NCBI GenBank assembly: GCA_963803435.1
Contig: CAWDML010000008.1
Span: 352,001 to 416,000 of the forward strand
DNA: 64,000 nt
From: an uncultured delta proteobacterium
Lineage (GTDB): Bacteria > Myxococcota > Kuafuiibacteriia > Kuafuiibacteriales > Kuafuiibacteriaceae
Direction: 5' to 3'
Shown piece by piece: positions 42,638 to 51,801 of the stretch. The notes under the pieces were generated by a model, which did not search any database, was not told where the DNA came from, and saw only the letters and a list, made by a program, of their open reading frames with translations. Within the stretch, counting starts at the first letter, position 1; each line of letters starts with the position of its first letter. A program made the translations under genes and the position numbers.

Positions 42638-44311
42638 TCAGCGTCCGACCGTGATCACGAACGCGTCCTGGGACCCCGCACTGGTGAGCACAGTCGTACC
42701 GAAGTCTACCGTGCCACCGAAGTGACCACCGGCGACCACCGTTCCAGCGACGTCGAGGCCGACCGCCAGGATCACGTCGAGGTCGCGCCCGCCCAGGCGC
42801 CGGGACCAGATGTGCCGCCCGTCCGCGTCCAGCTTCACCAGGACGGCGTCCCAGCCGCCGGCGCTCGCCAGCGGATCAGCGCCGAACGCCACCACGCCGT
42901 TGAATCCGCCGCCCAGCACCAGGTCACCGAGCGAATCCGCGCGGACGTCGAAGAAGGCGTCCGGTCCCGGGCCGCCGAAGGTCTGAGCCCAGAGGAGCTC
43001 GCCGTCGCTCGAGAGCTTGGCGACGAACGCGTCGAGGTCTCCGGCAGACCGCCGAATCTGATCGCCGAGATCGAGGTCGCCGTAGAAGCCGCCCGCGATC
43101 ACCAGGTTGCCGTCGGGATCGAACGCGCCATCGATGAAGGGCTCGCTGTCAGCGTCGACCCCGAACCCTTTCGACCAGATCGCCTCGCCTGCGTCGTCGA
43201 ACGTCGCGACGAAGAGACCGTAGGCCGCGGTGCTCGTGATCGGCGCACCACCGAATGAGAGCGACTGCTGGAATACACCGAAAATCGCGATCCGATCTCC
43301 TCGGGGGCTTCGGTCGATGTCGAGGACGCGATCGTCGCCGGTGCCGCCGAATACCTCGACGTGATCGGCCGCGCCCCCCACGTCGTAGTGGATCAGGTAG
43401 GCGTCGGCGCCGCCGACGTGTCCTCGCGTGATCCCGCCTGCGGTCATCGGTCCGAGGGCCCAGCCGGCGACCCAGGCTCCACCGGTGTCGTCGAACACGG
43501 CGCACTCGGCGGTGTCGGTCGCGGTCGAGCCGAAGTCGGGCGCAAGCTCGCGGGTGCCCGCCGGGTCGAGCCGTGCCAGGAGGGGGTCGGCGCCGCCGAA
43601 GCCGGCGTGCGATTCTCCGAACAGATCCGCGGGCCCGAAGTACCAGCCCGCGACCAGGACGTCGGTGTCGATCGAGGTGGCGACGGCACGGACCGAGTCG
43701 TCGTCGGCGCCACCGTAGGTCGAGATCCAATCGACCTGAGCGCCGCCCTGGGAGAGCTTGGCGATGAAGCCGTCGGAGCCGCCGTGCGAGGTGACCGACG
43801 CGGTCCCGAACCGCGCCGTCGAGCCGAAGCTTCCGGCGATGATCGGATGCCCGGCGAGGTCGACGCCGACCGCAGCGATCCGATCGTCTGCAGTACCACC
43901 GTAGCGCGCGACCAACGGGTGCTCGACCTCGACGCCGAAGACGGCGGTCACCGTCCGTGCGTCGCTCATGCTGAGGGCGCACTCGGCGCGGCCCGTGCAC
44001 GCGCCCCGCCATCCCGCAAAGCCGGAGCCGGCGGTCGCGTGCGCCGTCAAGGTGACGTTCAGATCCGCGGCGAAGTCGACGTCGCAGGAGGCCTCGCAGA
44101 AGAGACCGGCTGGCGAGGAGGTGACGATGCCGGCGCCGGGACCCTCCGCGATCAGCGAGAGCGTCGCGGTCCGCTCGATCGATTCGGCGCAGACTCCCTC
44201 GTTGCAGAACAGCTCCGCGGGGCAGGGTCGGTCCGGCGAGCACAGCTTGCCGATGAGTGTCGGCTCGACTCCGCACGAGGCGGCGACGAGCATCGCCCAG
44301 GCCACGCGCAT
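42638..44311 (-). CDS. Lipoprotein with InlB B-repeat-like domain and beta-propeller repeats
   Basis: G.VTSSPAG..C...C...V.LTA....GSGFAGW.GACTG; repeated S.GG.D.F.AKL...G...W. Confidence 0.75.
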   Translation of the reverse strand: MRVAWAMLVAASCGVEPTLIGKLCSPDRPCPAELFCNEGVCAESIERTATLSLIAEGPGAGIVTSSPAGLFCEASCDVDFAADLNVTLTAHATAGSGFAGWRGACTGRAECALSMSDARTVTAVFGVEVEHPLVARYGGTADDRIAAVGVDLAGHPIIAGSFGSTARFGTASVTSHGGSDGFIAKLSQGGAQVDWISTYGGADDDSVRAVATSIDTDVLVAGWYFGPADLFGESHAGFGGADPLLARLDPAGTRELAPDFGSTATDTAECAVFDDTGGAWVAGWALGPMTAGGITRGHVGGADAYLIHYDVGGAADHVEVFGGTGDDRVLDIDRSPRGDRIAIFGVFQQSLSFGGAPITSTAAYGLFVATFDDAGEAIWSKGFGVDADSEPFIDGAFDPDGNLVIAGGFYGDLDLGDQIRRSAGDLDAFVAKLSSDGELLWAQTFGGPGPDAFFDVRADSLGDLVLGGGFNGVVAFGADPLASAGGWDAVLVKLDADGRHIWSRRLGGRDLDVILAVGLDVAGTVVAGGHFGGTVDFGTTVLTSAGSQDAFVITVGR

Positions 44312-44344
44312 GAGAGCCGAACGTAGCGCAGTCCCGCGGGTGTG

Positions 44345-46318
44345 TCAGCTCGGCTCGCTGTCCACAGTCAGGAGCGAGGCGCGGTCGAAGAGCAGCAACA
44401 CGCCGGCCGTCGTCATGGGGTCGAGGCCTGGGAGCATCGGCATCGGACCGAGCACCACGCCGTCGTCCAGGGCCCGGATCGCCTCCACCACCGGGGGAGG
44501 CAGCCCATAGACGTTGCGCTCCTCGTCGTACGGCTCGCGCAGTCGCACTCGGCGGTGGCGGAGGCGCTCCACCACTCGACTCTTCCGGTCGAGGTCCGCG
44601 GAGACGACCATCCCGTATGCGACGATCGGTCGGAGATCGACGACGATGGGGAAGAATCGCTGGCTCTGATCGATCCCCTGGCGAATGCGGACCGGGGCGT
44701 TCCTCCGCTCGAACAGGTGGTAGAGCCGCCGGCGCGCCTGCTCGGCGTGTGCGCGCTCCAGGCCGGGCTCGTCGATCAGGCCGCGCTGGATCAGGTAGCG
44801 ACCGAGGAGCGCGGCGTCGAGGTCCTTGAGGCCGCGCGGGATCGATTCGATCGCGCCCGGGCTGACCGCCTTGAGATCGATCAACGCGTTTCCGAGCAGC
44901 TGAGCGTCGAGCCGGCGGTTGGAGCTGACGCCCGCCACCGCGCCGGTGCGAAAGTAGATGCGATCGATCTCCGGAGAGGCGCCCAGATCCAGGCAGCCGG
45001 TGAAGTGACACTCGTGCAACAGCATGAGCGTCTCCTCCAGGGGCATCTGATCGAGCGAGAAGGTGAGCTCGTCACTCCGGCCGAGCTTCTTGATGGCGTC
45101 CTGGTACCACGCGTATGCGGTGACGACCGGCATGGGAGCCAAGGGTGCGGTACCGGGCTCGGTCTCCGTGTCGAATCGCTCGAGCGGGATCCGGATCGCG
45201 ACCTCCTCCGTCTCGGAGAGATCGTCCGAGGTCCGCAGGTCGGGCTCGGTCTTGTCGAGCAACCACACCGAGTCGGGCCGCGAATGGGCCTCGCTCACCA
45301 CGCGATCGAATCGGTCCTCGATCGTGTCCTCGAAGAAGTTGCGGTGATCGGCCCTCAGGCTCTGCGCTGCCCGAAGCAGCCAGCGCGTCTCGCGCTCCTC
45401 CTTGGAGAAGAGCCCGCGGACGAACGCACCCAGCTCCTCGTCGCTGGGGAGCTCCTCCCAGCAGGCGGTCAGCGCGGCCCGGAACTCGCGCGCCGTCTGG
45501 AAGCGCTCCTCGGGGCTCTTGGCGAGCGCGCGCTCGAGCACCCACTCGAGCGCGTCGGGCAGTCCGGGCTTGAGCGACTTCAGGCGGGGCGGTCGGTCGC
45601 GCACGATGCTCCGGATGGTCTCGCTGGCCGACGCGGGCGCCAGCAGCGGCCGCTCAGTGAGGAGCTCATAGAGGATGACGCCGACCGAGTAGAGATCGCT
45701 GCGGCTGTCGACGTCGAGCGTGAGCGCCTGCTCCGGCGCCATGTAGCTCAGGGTCCCCAGGAGCACGCCCGGACCGGTGCGGAAGTCGTCGTCCTCGATG
45801 TTGGCGCGCGCCAGGCCGAAGTCGATGATCTTCACCCCGCCTTCGTACGCCACCATGATGTTTCGCGGCGTCAGGTCGCGATGCACCAGGCCCATGTGCT
45901 CGCCGTCGCCCTCCACGATTGCGTGCGCGTGATCGAGACCGCCGAGCACACCCGCGATGATCGCGATGGCGATGCTCGGCGGAATCGGGCACTTCTCCTC
46001 GCGCAGGGAGGCCGTGATGTCCTCGACCGTCTGCCCGGCGATGAACTCCATCGCGATGTAGAAGCGGCTGCCTTGGAACCCCGAGTCGAGCACCTTGGCG
46101 ATGCTGGGGTGGCTGAGCTTGGAGGCGATCACCGCCTCGCGCTGGAAACGGATCGAGGCCGTCGCGTGCTCTTCCAGCTCGAGGTGGAGCTGCTTGAGGA
46201 CGCACATCTCGTCGGCGTCGTCCCGCTGAGCAAGGAACACGCGCGCCATCCCGCCCTCGGCCAGGGTTCCGAGGAGCGTGTAGCGTCCGATACGGCCGAA
46301 AGTGCGGTTCGGCAGCAC
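44345..46318 (-). CDS. Ser/Thr protein kinase with C-terminal DUF4388-like domain
   Basis: GGMARVF, VLK, HRDLTPRN, DFG, YMAPEQ; C-terminal L...PLEETL..LH....TGCL. Confidence 0.9.
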   Translation of the reverse strand: MLPNRTFGRIGRYTLLGTLAEGGMARVFLAQRDDADEMCVLKQLHLELEEHATASIRFQREAVIASKLSHPSIAKVLDSGFQGSRFYIAMEFIAGQTVEDITASLREEKCPIPPSIAIAIIAGVLGGLDHAHAIVEGDGEHMGLVHRDLTPRNIMVAYEGGVKIIDFGLARANIEDDDFRTGPGVLLGTLSYMAPEQALTLDVDSRSDLYSVGVILYELLTERPLLAPASASETIRSIVRDRPPRLKSLKPGLPDALEWVLERALAKSPEERFQTAREFRAALTACWEELPSDEELGAFVRGLFSKEERETRWLLRAAQSLRADHRNFFEDTIEDRFDRVVSEAHSRPDSVWLLDKTEPDLRTSDDLSETEEVAIRIPLERFDTETEPGTAPLAPMPVVTAYAWYQDAIKKLGRSDELTFSLDQMPLEETLMLLHECHFTGCLDLGASPEIDRIYFRTGAVAGVSSNRRLDAQLLGNALIDLKAVSPGAIESIPRGLKDLDAALLGRYLIQRGLIDEPGLERAHAEQARRRLYHLFERRNAPVRIRQGIDQSQRFFPIVVDLRPIVAYGMVVSADLDRKSRVVERLRHRRVRLREPYDEERNVYGLPPPVVEAIRALDDGVVLGPMPMLPGLDPMTTAGVLLLFDRASLLTVDSEPS

Positions 46319-46379
46319 GAGGATTTTGGAAGATATCCGGCTTGTGCGCCTGCGATAAGACCCGTGGTATCACCTTTCG

Positions 46380-47033
46380 ATGCGATGGCAGCGCGCATGG
46401 CCCCACGTGCGGGCGGCGCTGGTGCTCGTCCACGGGGCGGCGGTGCTGGCGCTGGCCGTCCCCAGTCTCTCCGCGGGAACGGATCGATCGAGCTGGGCCG
46501 ATCCGACGGTCCAGGGCGAGCTTCACGCCTGGGGGGAGCGTCTCGGAATCCCTCCGCGCGAGCTGGAGGAGACGGCGTGGCAGTTTGCCCAACGGTGGAT
46601 CCGCCTTCATGCGGTGCTGGTGGCGCCTTTCGTGCCCTACCGAACCTATGTGGGCGTCAGGCAGCCGTGGGTCATGTTCGTGGCGCCTCAGCGCTACCCG
46701 GTCCGGATCGAGATCGACCTGCTCGAGGCGGGGCAGTGGCGGACGATCTATCGCGAGCGCTCGGACACCTACGCCTGGAAGCGGCGGCTCTTCGATCATG
46801 ATCGCTTGCGCGCGGTCTTCTTCCGCTTCGGCTGGGACAAGTACGGCTACACCTGGCGCGACTTTGCCGACTGGGTCGCGGTCGAGGCCGGGCGCGACTT
46901 CCCCGGCGCGACGGCGGTGCGGCTCCGCATGCTCCGCTTTCGGACGCTCTCGCCCGACGAGGTGAAGGCCGGTCAGACACCCGAGGGCCGCTGGGAGAAG
47001 GAGCTCGTGCGCGAGCTGCGAGCTCGGCCGTGA
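46380..47033 (+). CDS. Hypothetical membrane-anchored protein, partner of the HTTM gene
   Basis: Q.W.MF.AP motif; GTGA overlap with the HTTM gene. Confidence 0.65.
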   Translation: MRWQRAWPHVRAALVLVHGAAVLALAVPSLSAGTDRSSWADPTVQGELHAWGERLGIPPRELEETAWQFAQRWIRLHAVLVAPFVPYRTYVGVRQPWVMFVAPQRYPVRIEIDLLEAGQWRTIYRERSDTYAWKRRLFDHDRLRAVFFRFGWDKYGYTWRDFADWVAVEAGRDFPGATAVRLRMLRFRTLSPDEVKAGQTPEGRWEKELVRELRARP

Positions 47034-47929
47034 CCATCTTCGCGCGCGTGTGGCGCGGGTGGGTCGAGTTGCTCTCCCGGCGCGAGACCGGAGAGAGCCT
47101 GGCGCTGTTCCGCATCCTCACCGGAGTGGGCGTGCTCTGGAACGTCTCGAGCGCCCTCGTCGACGGTGTGGTACCGGTGATCTGGCTCGACGCGCACGAC
47201 GGCGGGTACCGACACCTCGAACCCGGAACGCAGTGGCTGCTCGATCGGCTGGGTGGCCCCACGCCCGGGGTCGTGTGGTCGCTCGTGATCGCGGCGCTCG
47301 TGCTCGGCGCGCTCCTGGTGATCGGCCTGGGCGGACGCGCCACCGCGCTCGCGGCCGCACAGGTGATGTTCGCGATCTCGATGATCAACGCCCATGCGAA
47401 GGGGAGCTACGACGCGCTCCAAGGCGACGCGCTCTGGCTCCTGGTCCTGGGCGACTCGACCGCCACCTGGTCTGTCGACGCACGCCTCCGCCATGGCGCA
47501 TGGCGGACGGACCGCACGGTGGCCGCCTTCCCGCGCTACCTCGCGATCTTCCAGCTGGTGGTGGTCTACTTCGTCAACGCGATCCAGAAGGTCTCGGCGT
47601 CCTGGACCTTCGCCGGCGGATTCTCGGCGCTCTATTACATCCTCCAGCAGCCGACCTGGCACCGCTTCGACATGACCTGGGCGGCTACCGTCTATCCGCT
47701 GACGCAGGTCGGTACGTTCGTGACCTGGGCCTTCGAGCTGGGCTCGCCGCTCCTCCTGGTCGCGTACTACCTGCGGAGCCGAGGTCGCCTCCGCTTCGAC
47801 TTCCGGATCGTCTTCGTCGGGGTGGGGCTCATGCTCCACCTCGGGATCCTCGCGCTGCTCGACGTGGGGCCGTTCTCGATGATCGTGCTCGCGTTCTATC
47901 CCTGCCTGTTCGCGCCTAGGAGCGTGTAG
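47030..47929 (+). CDS. HTTM domain membrane protein
   Basis: LALFRI..G, WSVDARL, FQLVVVYF..AIQK, HLGI...L.VGPFS. Confidence 0.8.
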   Translation: MTIFARVWRGWVELLSRRETGESLALFRILTGVGVLWNVSSALVDGVVPVIWLDAHDGGYRHLEPGTQWLLDRLGGPTPGVVWSLVIAALVLGALLVIGLGGRATALAAAQVMFAISMINAHAKGSYDALQGDALWLLVLGDSTATWSVDARLRHGAWRTDRTVAAFPRYLAIFQLVVVYFVNAIQKVSASWTFAGGFSALYYILQQPTWHRFDMTWAATVYPLTQVGTFVTWAFELGSPLLLVAYYLRSRGRLRFDFRIVFVGVGLMLHLGILALLDVGPFSMIVLAFYPCLFAPRSV

Positions 47930-48005
47930 CGCGTAAGCGCTCACGCGAGCCCGGTCCGGGTCCCGGTCCCGGTCCGGGTCCCGATCTGAAGATGGCTGCC
48001 TTGAG

Positions 48006-48995
48006 TCAGACGCTCGCGACGGTCGCGAGCTTCGATCGGTAGAGCTTGAGCAGGTTGTGGGTGAGGCAGACGAGCGTCCACTCGGCTCGTACCTTGAAGA
48101 AGGAGCGGAGCGAGAACCGGCGGAATCCTCGTGCCCCTTTGATCTGTCCGAGCGCCGGTTCGACGATACTCTTCCTGCGGGCGTAGACCGCCTTGCCGTC
48201 GCGCGTTTGCAACTTGTCTCGCATTCGCTTGGACGAGGTGTTGCTGATCAGGTGCCTGGTTGCTGACCCCTTCGGCGACACTCACCTGAGCGTGCTCATC
48301 TACGACAACTTGGGCATTGTAGGCCTGGAGGTACGCTCCATCCTTCAACATGATCCTGCTGTCTGAGTCGGTGAAGTTCCTCTGAGCGTTGGCCTCGGTG
48401 TGCCGTCCACATTTGCAGGAACGCGATGATGCGGCCATCCATCATTTCGTTCAGTTGGGTCTGGGGATGGTTCGAGCTGGTCAGCCTGCGCTCTTGCCTT
48501 CTCGGCTCGAGTTCTCGCTCGCTTCTGCTCCACCCGATCCACAAGAGCATCATCCGCTTTGCTCGGCTGCTCTTCGGCTTGCCTGCGCAATTTCTCCGCG
48601 CGAGCCCTGGCGGCATCCTGTTCCAGCGCAGCCTTCGCTTCTCGAATGCGGGCAAGGCGGGATTCACGGCGAGCGAGCTCCGCTGGGATGTCCTCTTCAG
48701 TCTCTTCAACGCCCAGCCGCTCGTCTTCCTCTTGGTCGATCGTGCGCGCTCGCTCCAGCAGCTCTTCGATCTCGAGAGACAGCCGCTTCTCCTCCTCGGC
48801 CATCCGCTCGTAGGTCATCGCCTTGTGCTTGCTCGCGTTCGCCTGCACCTTCGAGCCATCGAGTGCGACGTGTCCGAGCCGCACCAAACCTGCTTTCTGG
48901 CAAAGCTTCAGGACTTCGAGGAAGAGCGCTTTCAGTGCCTCCAGGTGGACGAGCCGAAACTCGTTGATCGTCGTGAAGTGGGGATGACTTTCTCC
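48006..48995 (-). pseudogene. IS1182-family transposase remnant
   Basis: Fragments in three frames: HPHFTTINEFR...VALDGSKVQANASKHKAM; QRNFTDSDSRIM...QAYNAQ; YARRKSIVEP..GQIK..RGFRRFSLR...HNLLKL. The N-terminus and an internal segment are deleted. Confidence 0.9.
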
Positions 48996-49003
48996 AAGCT
49001 TGC

Positions 49004-49171
49004 ATGGTCACTTTCGATCGCGAGAAGCTCGAGGTCTACCAGCTCGCCGTCGAGTATGCCGACATCGCTGAAGAGATCGCACAAGAACTGCAACCCGGTC
49101 ACGCTCACGTCCACGATCAGCTTCGGCGGGCATCCGATTCCATCGTGAACACCGGACCGGGCTCGCGGTAG
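49004..49171 (+). pseudogene. Truncated four-helix-bundle (23S rRNA IVP-like) protein
   Basis: Manual translation MVTFDREKLEVYQLAVEYAD...HDQLRRASDSIVN matches F..E.L.VYQ.A...DQL.RA..SI..N, then runs into the right IR. Confidence 0.8.
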
Positions 49172-49190
49172 CGCTACGCGCTACACGCTC

Positions 49191-49427
49191 CTAGGGCTGC
49201 TCCCGCCGCTTCCGCGCCATCTCCCGCTGCATCCGGCGCAGGATGAGGTCGACCTCGAGCGCAGCCTTTCGCGCCTCGAGGACCTTGGCCAGATGGGCTG
49301 CGTTCGCCGCCTGCACGTCTGCGCCGCAGAAGTGGCAGAGCTCGGTGTCGGGGTACACGAACTGGTGGCAGCCCCGGCAGAGCTCGAGCTTCGGCGGGGT
49401 GCGGACGCCCCCTCTTCGCATCGTCAT
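49191..49427 (-). CDS. Small Zn-ribbon-like protein (CxxC...CxxC) coupled to the rSAM gene; possible maturase accessory
   Basis: CRGC...CHFC plus a C-terminal helix; ATGA overlap with the rSAM stop. Confidence 0.65.
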   Translation of the reverse strand: MTMRRGGVRTPPKLELCRGCHQFVYPDTELCHFCGADVQAANAAHLAKVLEARKAALEVDLILRRMQREMARKRREQP

Positions 49428-50647
49428 GGCGACACCAGGATGGGGAGCGCCCGCCGCTTCTTGGGGACCACCGCGTCGATCGGCTCGACCACGATCTCGA
49501 ACTTCCCGTGATCGAACGGGAGACCCGGCGCCGCGCCGATCTTGACCACGCGCTCGCGCAGGCCGTCCTTCTTCAGCTCGAGCGCGCGGTGGTGGCAGTA
49601 CGGATTGTTACCGGCCTTGCCGAACATGACCGTGCTGGTCCACGTGCACCCCGAGCGGCACACGTCCGCGTAGTAGCAGCTCTTGCAGAACCCCCAGAGA
49701 TCCTCGGTGGTCCGCTCCCGCGTGAACGCGAGCTCCGGGGTGGTGTTCCAGATGTCCTCGATCGTCATGTCGCGGACGTTGCCGCCGGTATACCCGTTGG
49801 AGGGGAGCGACGGGCAGCCCTTGATCTTGCCGTCCGCCTCGATCCCGAGTGTGTTCTGTCCGGCGTTGCAGCCGTTCCAGTGCACCGTCTCGCGGCCGTT
49901 GCCGCGCCACAGGTGCTCGTACGGTCCGAAGTAGCCGATGTTGTTCCCGGGGCGCAGCGTGAAGCCGTGCCGCTGTCCTTCGAGGTACAGCTCCGCCAGC
50001 AGGGGATAGAGCTCGAGGAGCTGGTAGGGCTGCAGCAGGAGCTCGTCGTTGTCGGCGGCGTTTCCCATGGCGACGGTGAGCTGGATCTGCCAGTTCTTCG
50101 CGCCCGCATCGATGAAGTCGTGCATCATGCTCCGGAGGTGAGGCATCACCTCCGCGCCGATCTGCGTGTTCACGCTTCCGCGGATGCCGTGCTTTCCCAG
50201 CGTGCGGAGCGCCTCCATGGCGGCGTCCCAGGAGCCCTCTACGCCGCGGATCCGATCGTGGAGCTCGCGCGGTCCGTCGATCGAGACGCCGCACCCGTCG
50301 AGGCCGGCTTCTTTCGCGGCGATGATCTTCTTCTCGTCGAGGCTGCGTCCGCCCGACTGCATCGTCGGCAGCATCCCGTGGTCCCGGATCGCTCGGATGA
50401 TCTCGAGCCAATCCTTCCGCATGTACGCCTCGCCGCCGATGATCGTCACCTCGCGAACGCCGAGCCGCGCCAGCTGGGCGACCACATCGAGGCACTCCTC
50501 CGTGCTCAGCTCGTCGGGACGCCGCTTGCCGGCGCGCGACCCGCAGTGGTTGCACTTGAGATCGCAGGCGAGCGTGATCTCCCAGACCGCGTGCACCGGC
50601 TTGCCGGCGTCGCGATCATCGGGGGACAGATATCGATCTCGGCTCAC
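49424..50647 (-). CDS. Radical SAM/SPASM maturase, TIGR03913 (Y_X10_GDL-associated)/splicease-like
   Basis: VWEITLACDLKCNHCGSRAG, IGGEAY, NWQIQLTVAMGNA, PGNNIGYFGPYE, SPASM GCNAG...IKGCPSL...CKSCYYADVCRSGC, NNPYCHHRA. Confidence 0.88.
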   Translation of the reverse strand: MSRDRYLSPDDRDAGKPVHAVWEITLACDLKCNHCGSRAGKRRPDELSTEECLDVVAQLARLGVREVTIIGGEAYMRKDWLEIIRAIRDHGMLPTMQSGGRSLDEKKIIAAKEAGLDGCGVSIDGPRELHDRIRGVEGSWDAAMEALRTLGKHGIRGSVNTQIGAEVMPHLRSMMHDFIDAGAKNWQIQLTVAMGNAADNDELLLQPYQLLELYPLLAELYLEGQRHGFTLRPGNNIGYFGPYEHLWRGNGRETVHWNGCNAGQNTLGIEADGKIKGCPSLPSNGYTGGNVRDMTIEDIWNTTPELAFTRERTTEDLWGFCKSCYYADVCRSGCTWTSTVMFGKAGNNPYCHHRALELKKDGLRERVVKIGAAPGLPFDHGKFEIVVEPIDAVVPKKRRALPILVSP

Positions 50648-50672
50648 GACGAGACTCCTTCTCGTGAACGGT

Positions 50673-50710
50673 CGAGGCCCGCCCCGCTCCCTCGAGCAGG
50701 GCGGGCTTCG
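50673..50710 (-). terminator. GC-rich hairpin between the 359-aa gene and the rSAM gene (no U-tract; attenuator or stabiliser)
   Basis: Minus strand cgaagcccgccctgctc-gagg-gagcggggcgggcctcg. Confidence 0.5.
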
Positions 50711-50721
50711 GTCAGGTCAGG

Positions 50722-51801
50722 TCACGACCTCAGCTCGGCGATGCGAGCGCGCAGGCGCCCGAGCGCGTCGCCCAGGTCGTCCACGTGCTGGGCGCGGGCC
50801 GCGCGCGTCATCCCGGCGGCCGCCAGGCTGGCGGTGATCGCACCGTTCGAGGACGGCGCGCTCGACACCACCGGTCCGTTGCGGACGAAGGCCACCGACA
50901 GCTCGCTGTGGGCGGCCTCGCCGGCGCGAAGCATCGCCTCGAGCTCGCGAACGTTGCCGCTGCGGGCCGGGTCGTTGAGCGTGGTGTCGATCGCGACGGC
51001 GTAGAGCGCCACGATCGGGTGCTCCTCCTTGTACGCGTTGATCGCCTTGCTCCAGTCGAGGTCCGGCGCGTAGTGGCCGAGCTGCTCCTGGAACTTCTTG
51101 GCGGCCGCCTCGGTCAGCACCAGATCGCCGTACGGGCTGGCGGCGGTGTCGTAGAGCAGCTCGACGACCTCCTTCGCCTTCTCCCACTTGTCGCCGACCT
51201 CGAACCCGAGACGATCGATGAAGCTCTGCGCCTCGTTCGCGCCGAACTTCGTCAGCAGGCCGAACGGGCCCCGCTGCGTGTCGTTCGCGGGATCGTTCAC
51301 CGAGTTCTTCATGACCTGGAAGATCTCTTCCGCGGGCCGGTTGTGGCGGCGGCTGTCGCCGAGGTTCTTGACGCCGTCCTGGAGCGTCGCGACGCCGACC
51401 TCGAGGGCCTGCAGGAGCGTGGTGAGCTTCTCGGCCTCCTCACCGCTCATGTTGCCGTCGGCGCGGAACCGGTCCAGCGACTTGGCGAAGTTGCGATAGT
51501 CGGTCTGGAGGCGGGTGGCGCAGGTGAGCAGCCACTTCTCGGCGCCGTCCTTCGGCTTGGCGGCCGTCGGGTCGGCGTCGAGCGCCCACGGGAACGTGCG
51601 GCCGTTCATGAACGCGATCTCTCGCGCCATGGCGTTGCGCATGTTCTCGCCGCCGCGCTTGAAGCTCTCCGCGAAGTACTTGAAGGTGTCGGCGGCCTCC
51701 TGCGGGATCTGCGGCTGGTCGGCGGCGTTGCTCACGGCCCTCTCGAGGCCGTCGAGCTGCCAGCGGACGGATTGTAGTGGGTTCGGCATGATGCTGGTCA
51801 T
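50722..51801 (-). CDS. Helical protein with C-terminal DUF1843-like (splicease substrate) domain; candidate T3SS-chaperoned substrate
   Basis: C-terminus IVALYAVAIDTT...SGNVRELEAML...DDLGDALGRLRARIAEL resembles the DUF1843 pattern xY(G/A)VAI...SGDL..M....L..L.AEIA.L; ATGA-coupled to the SycD-like gene. Confidence 0.65.
   Translation of the reverse strand: MTSIMPNPLQSVRWQLDGLERAVSNAADQPQIPQEAADTFKYFAESFKRGGENMRNAMAREIAFMNGRTFPWALDADPTAAKPKDGAEKWLLTCATRLQTDYRNFAKSLDRFRADGNMSGEEAEKLTTLLQALEVGVATLQDGVKNLGDSRRHNRPAEEIFQVMKNSVNDPANDTQRGPFGLLTKFGANEAQSFIDRLGFEVGDKWEKAKEVVELLYDTAASPYGDLVLTEAAAKKFQEQLGHYAPDLDWSKAINAYKEEHPIVALYAVAIDTTLNDPARSGNVRELEAMLRAGEAAHSELSVAFVRNGPVVSSAPSSNGAITASLAAAGMTRAARAQHVDDLGDALGRLRARIAELRS

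Larger units (their letters stand above)
47916..49194. mobile_element. Decayed composite element with ~44-bp terminal inverted repeats and CTAG at both ends
   Basis: Left end ctaggagcgtgtagcgcgtaagcgctcacgcgagcccggtccgg (47916-47959) nearly matches the reverse complement of the right end (49152-49194), ctaggagcgtgtagcgcgtagcgctaccgcgagcccggtccgg. GC content is lower inside. Confidence 0.8.

Noticed and set aside
47951-47983. ccggtc/ccgggtc tandem repeats as a CRISPR array or coding repeat
   Set aside because: The units are only 6-7 bp with no spacers and no cas genes; they belong to the mobile-element end.
49191-49427. Small Cys protein as the rSAM precursor (Y-X10-ADV resembles Y-X10-GDL)
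   Set aside because: The match lies inside a CxxC zinc ribbon, there is no YG/YA motif, and it lacks the DUF1843 helical pattern. The 359-aa protein fits much better.
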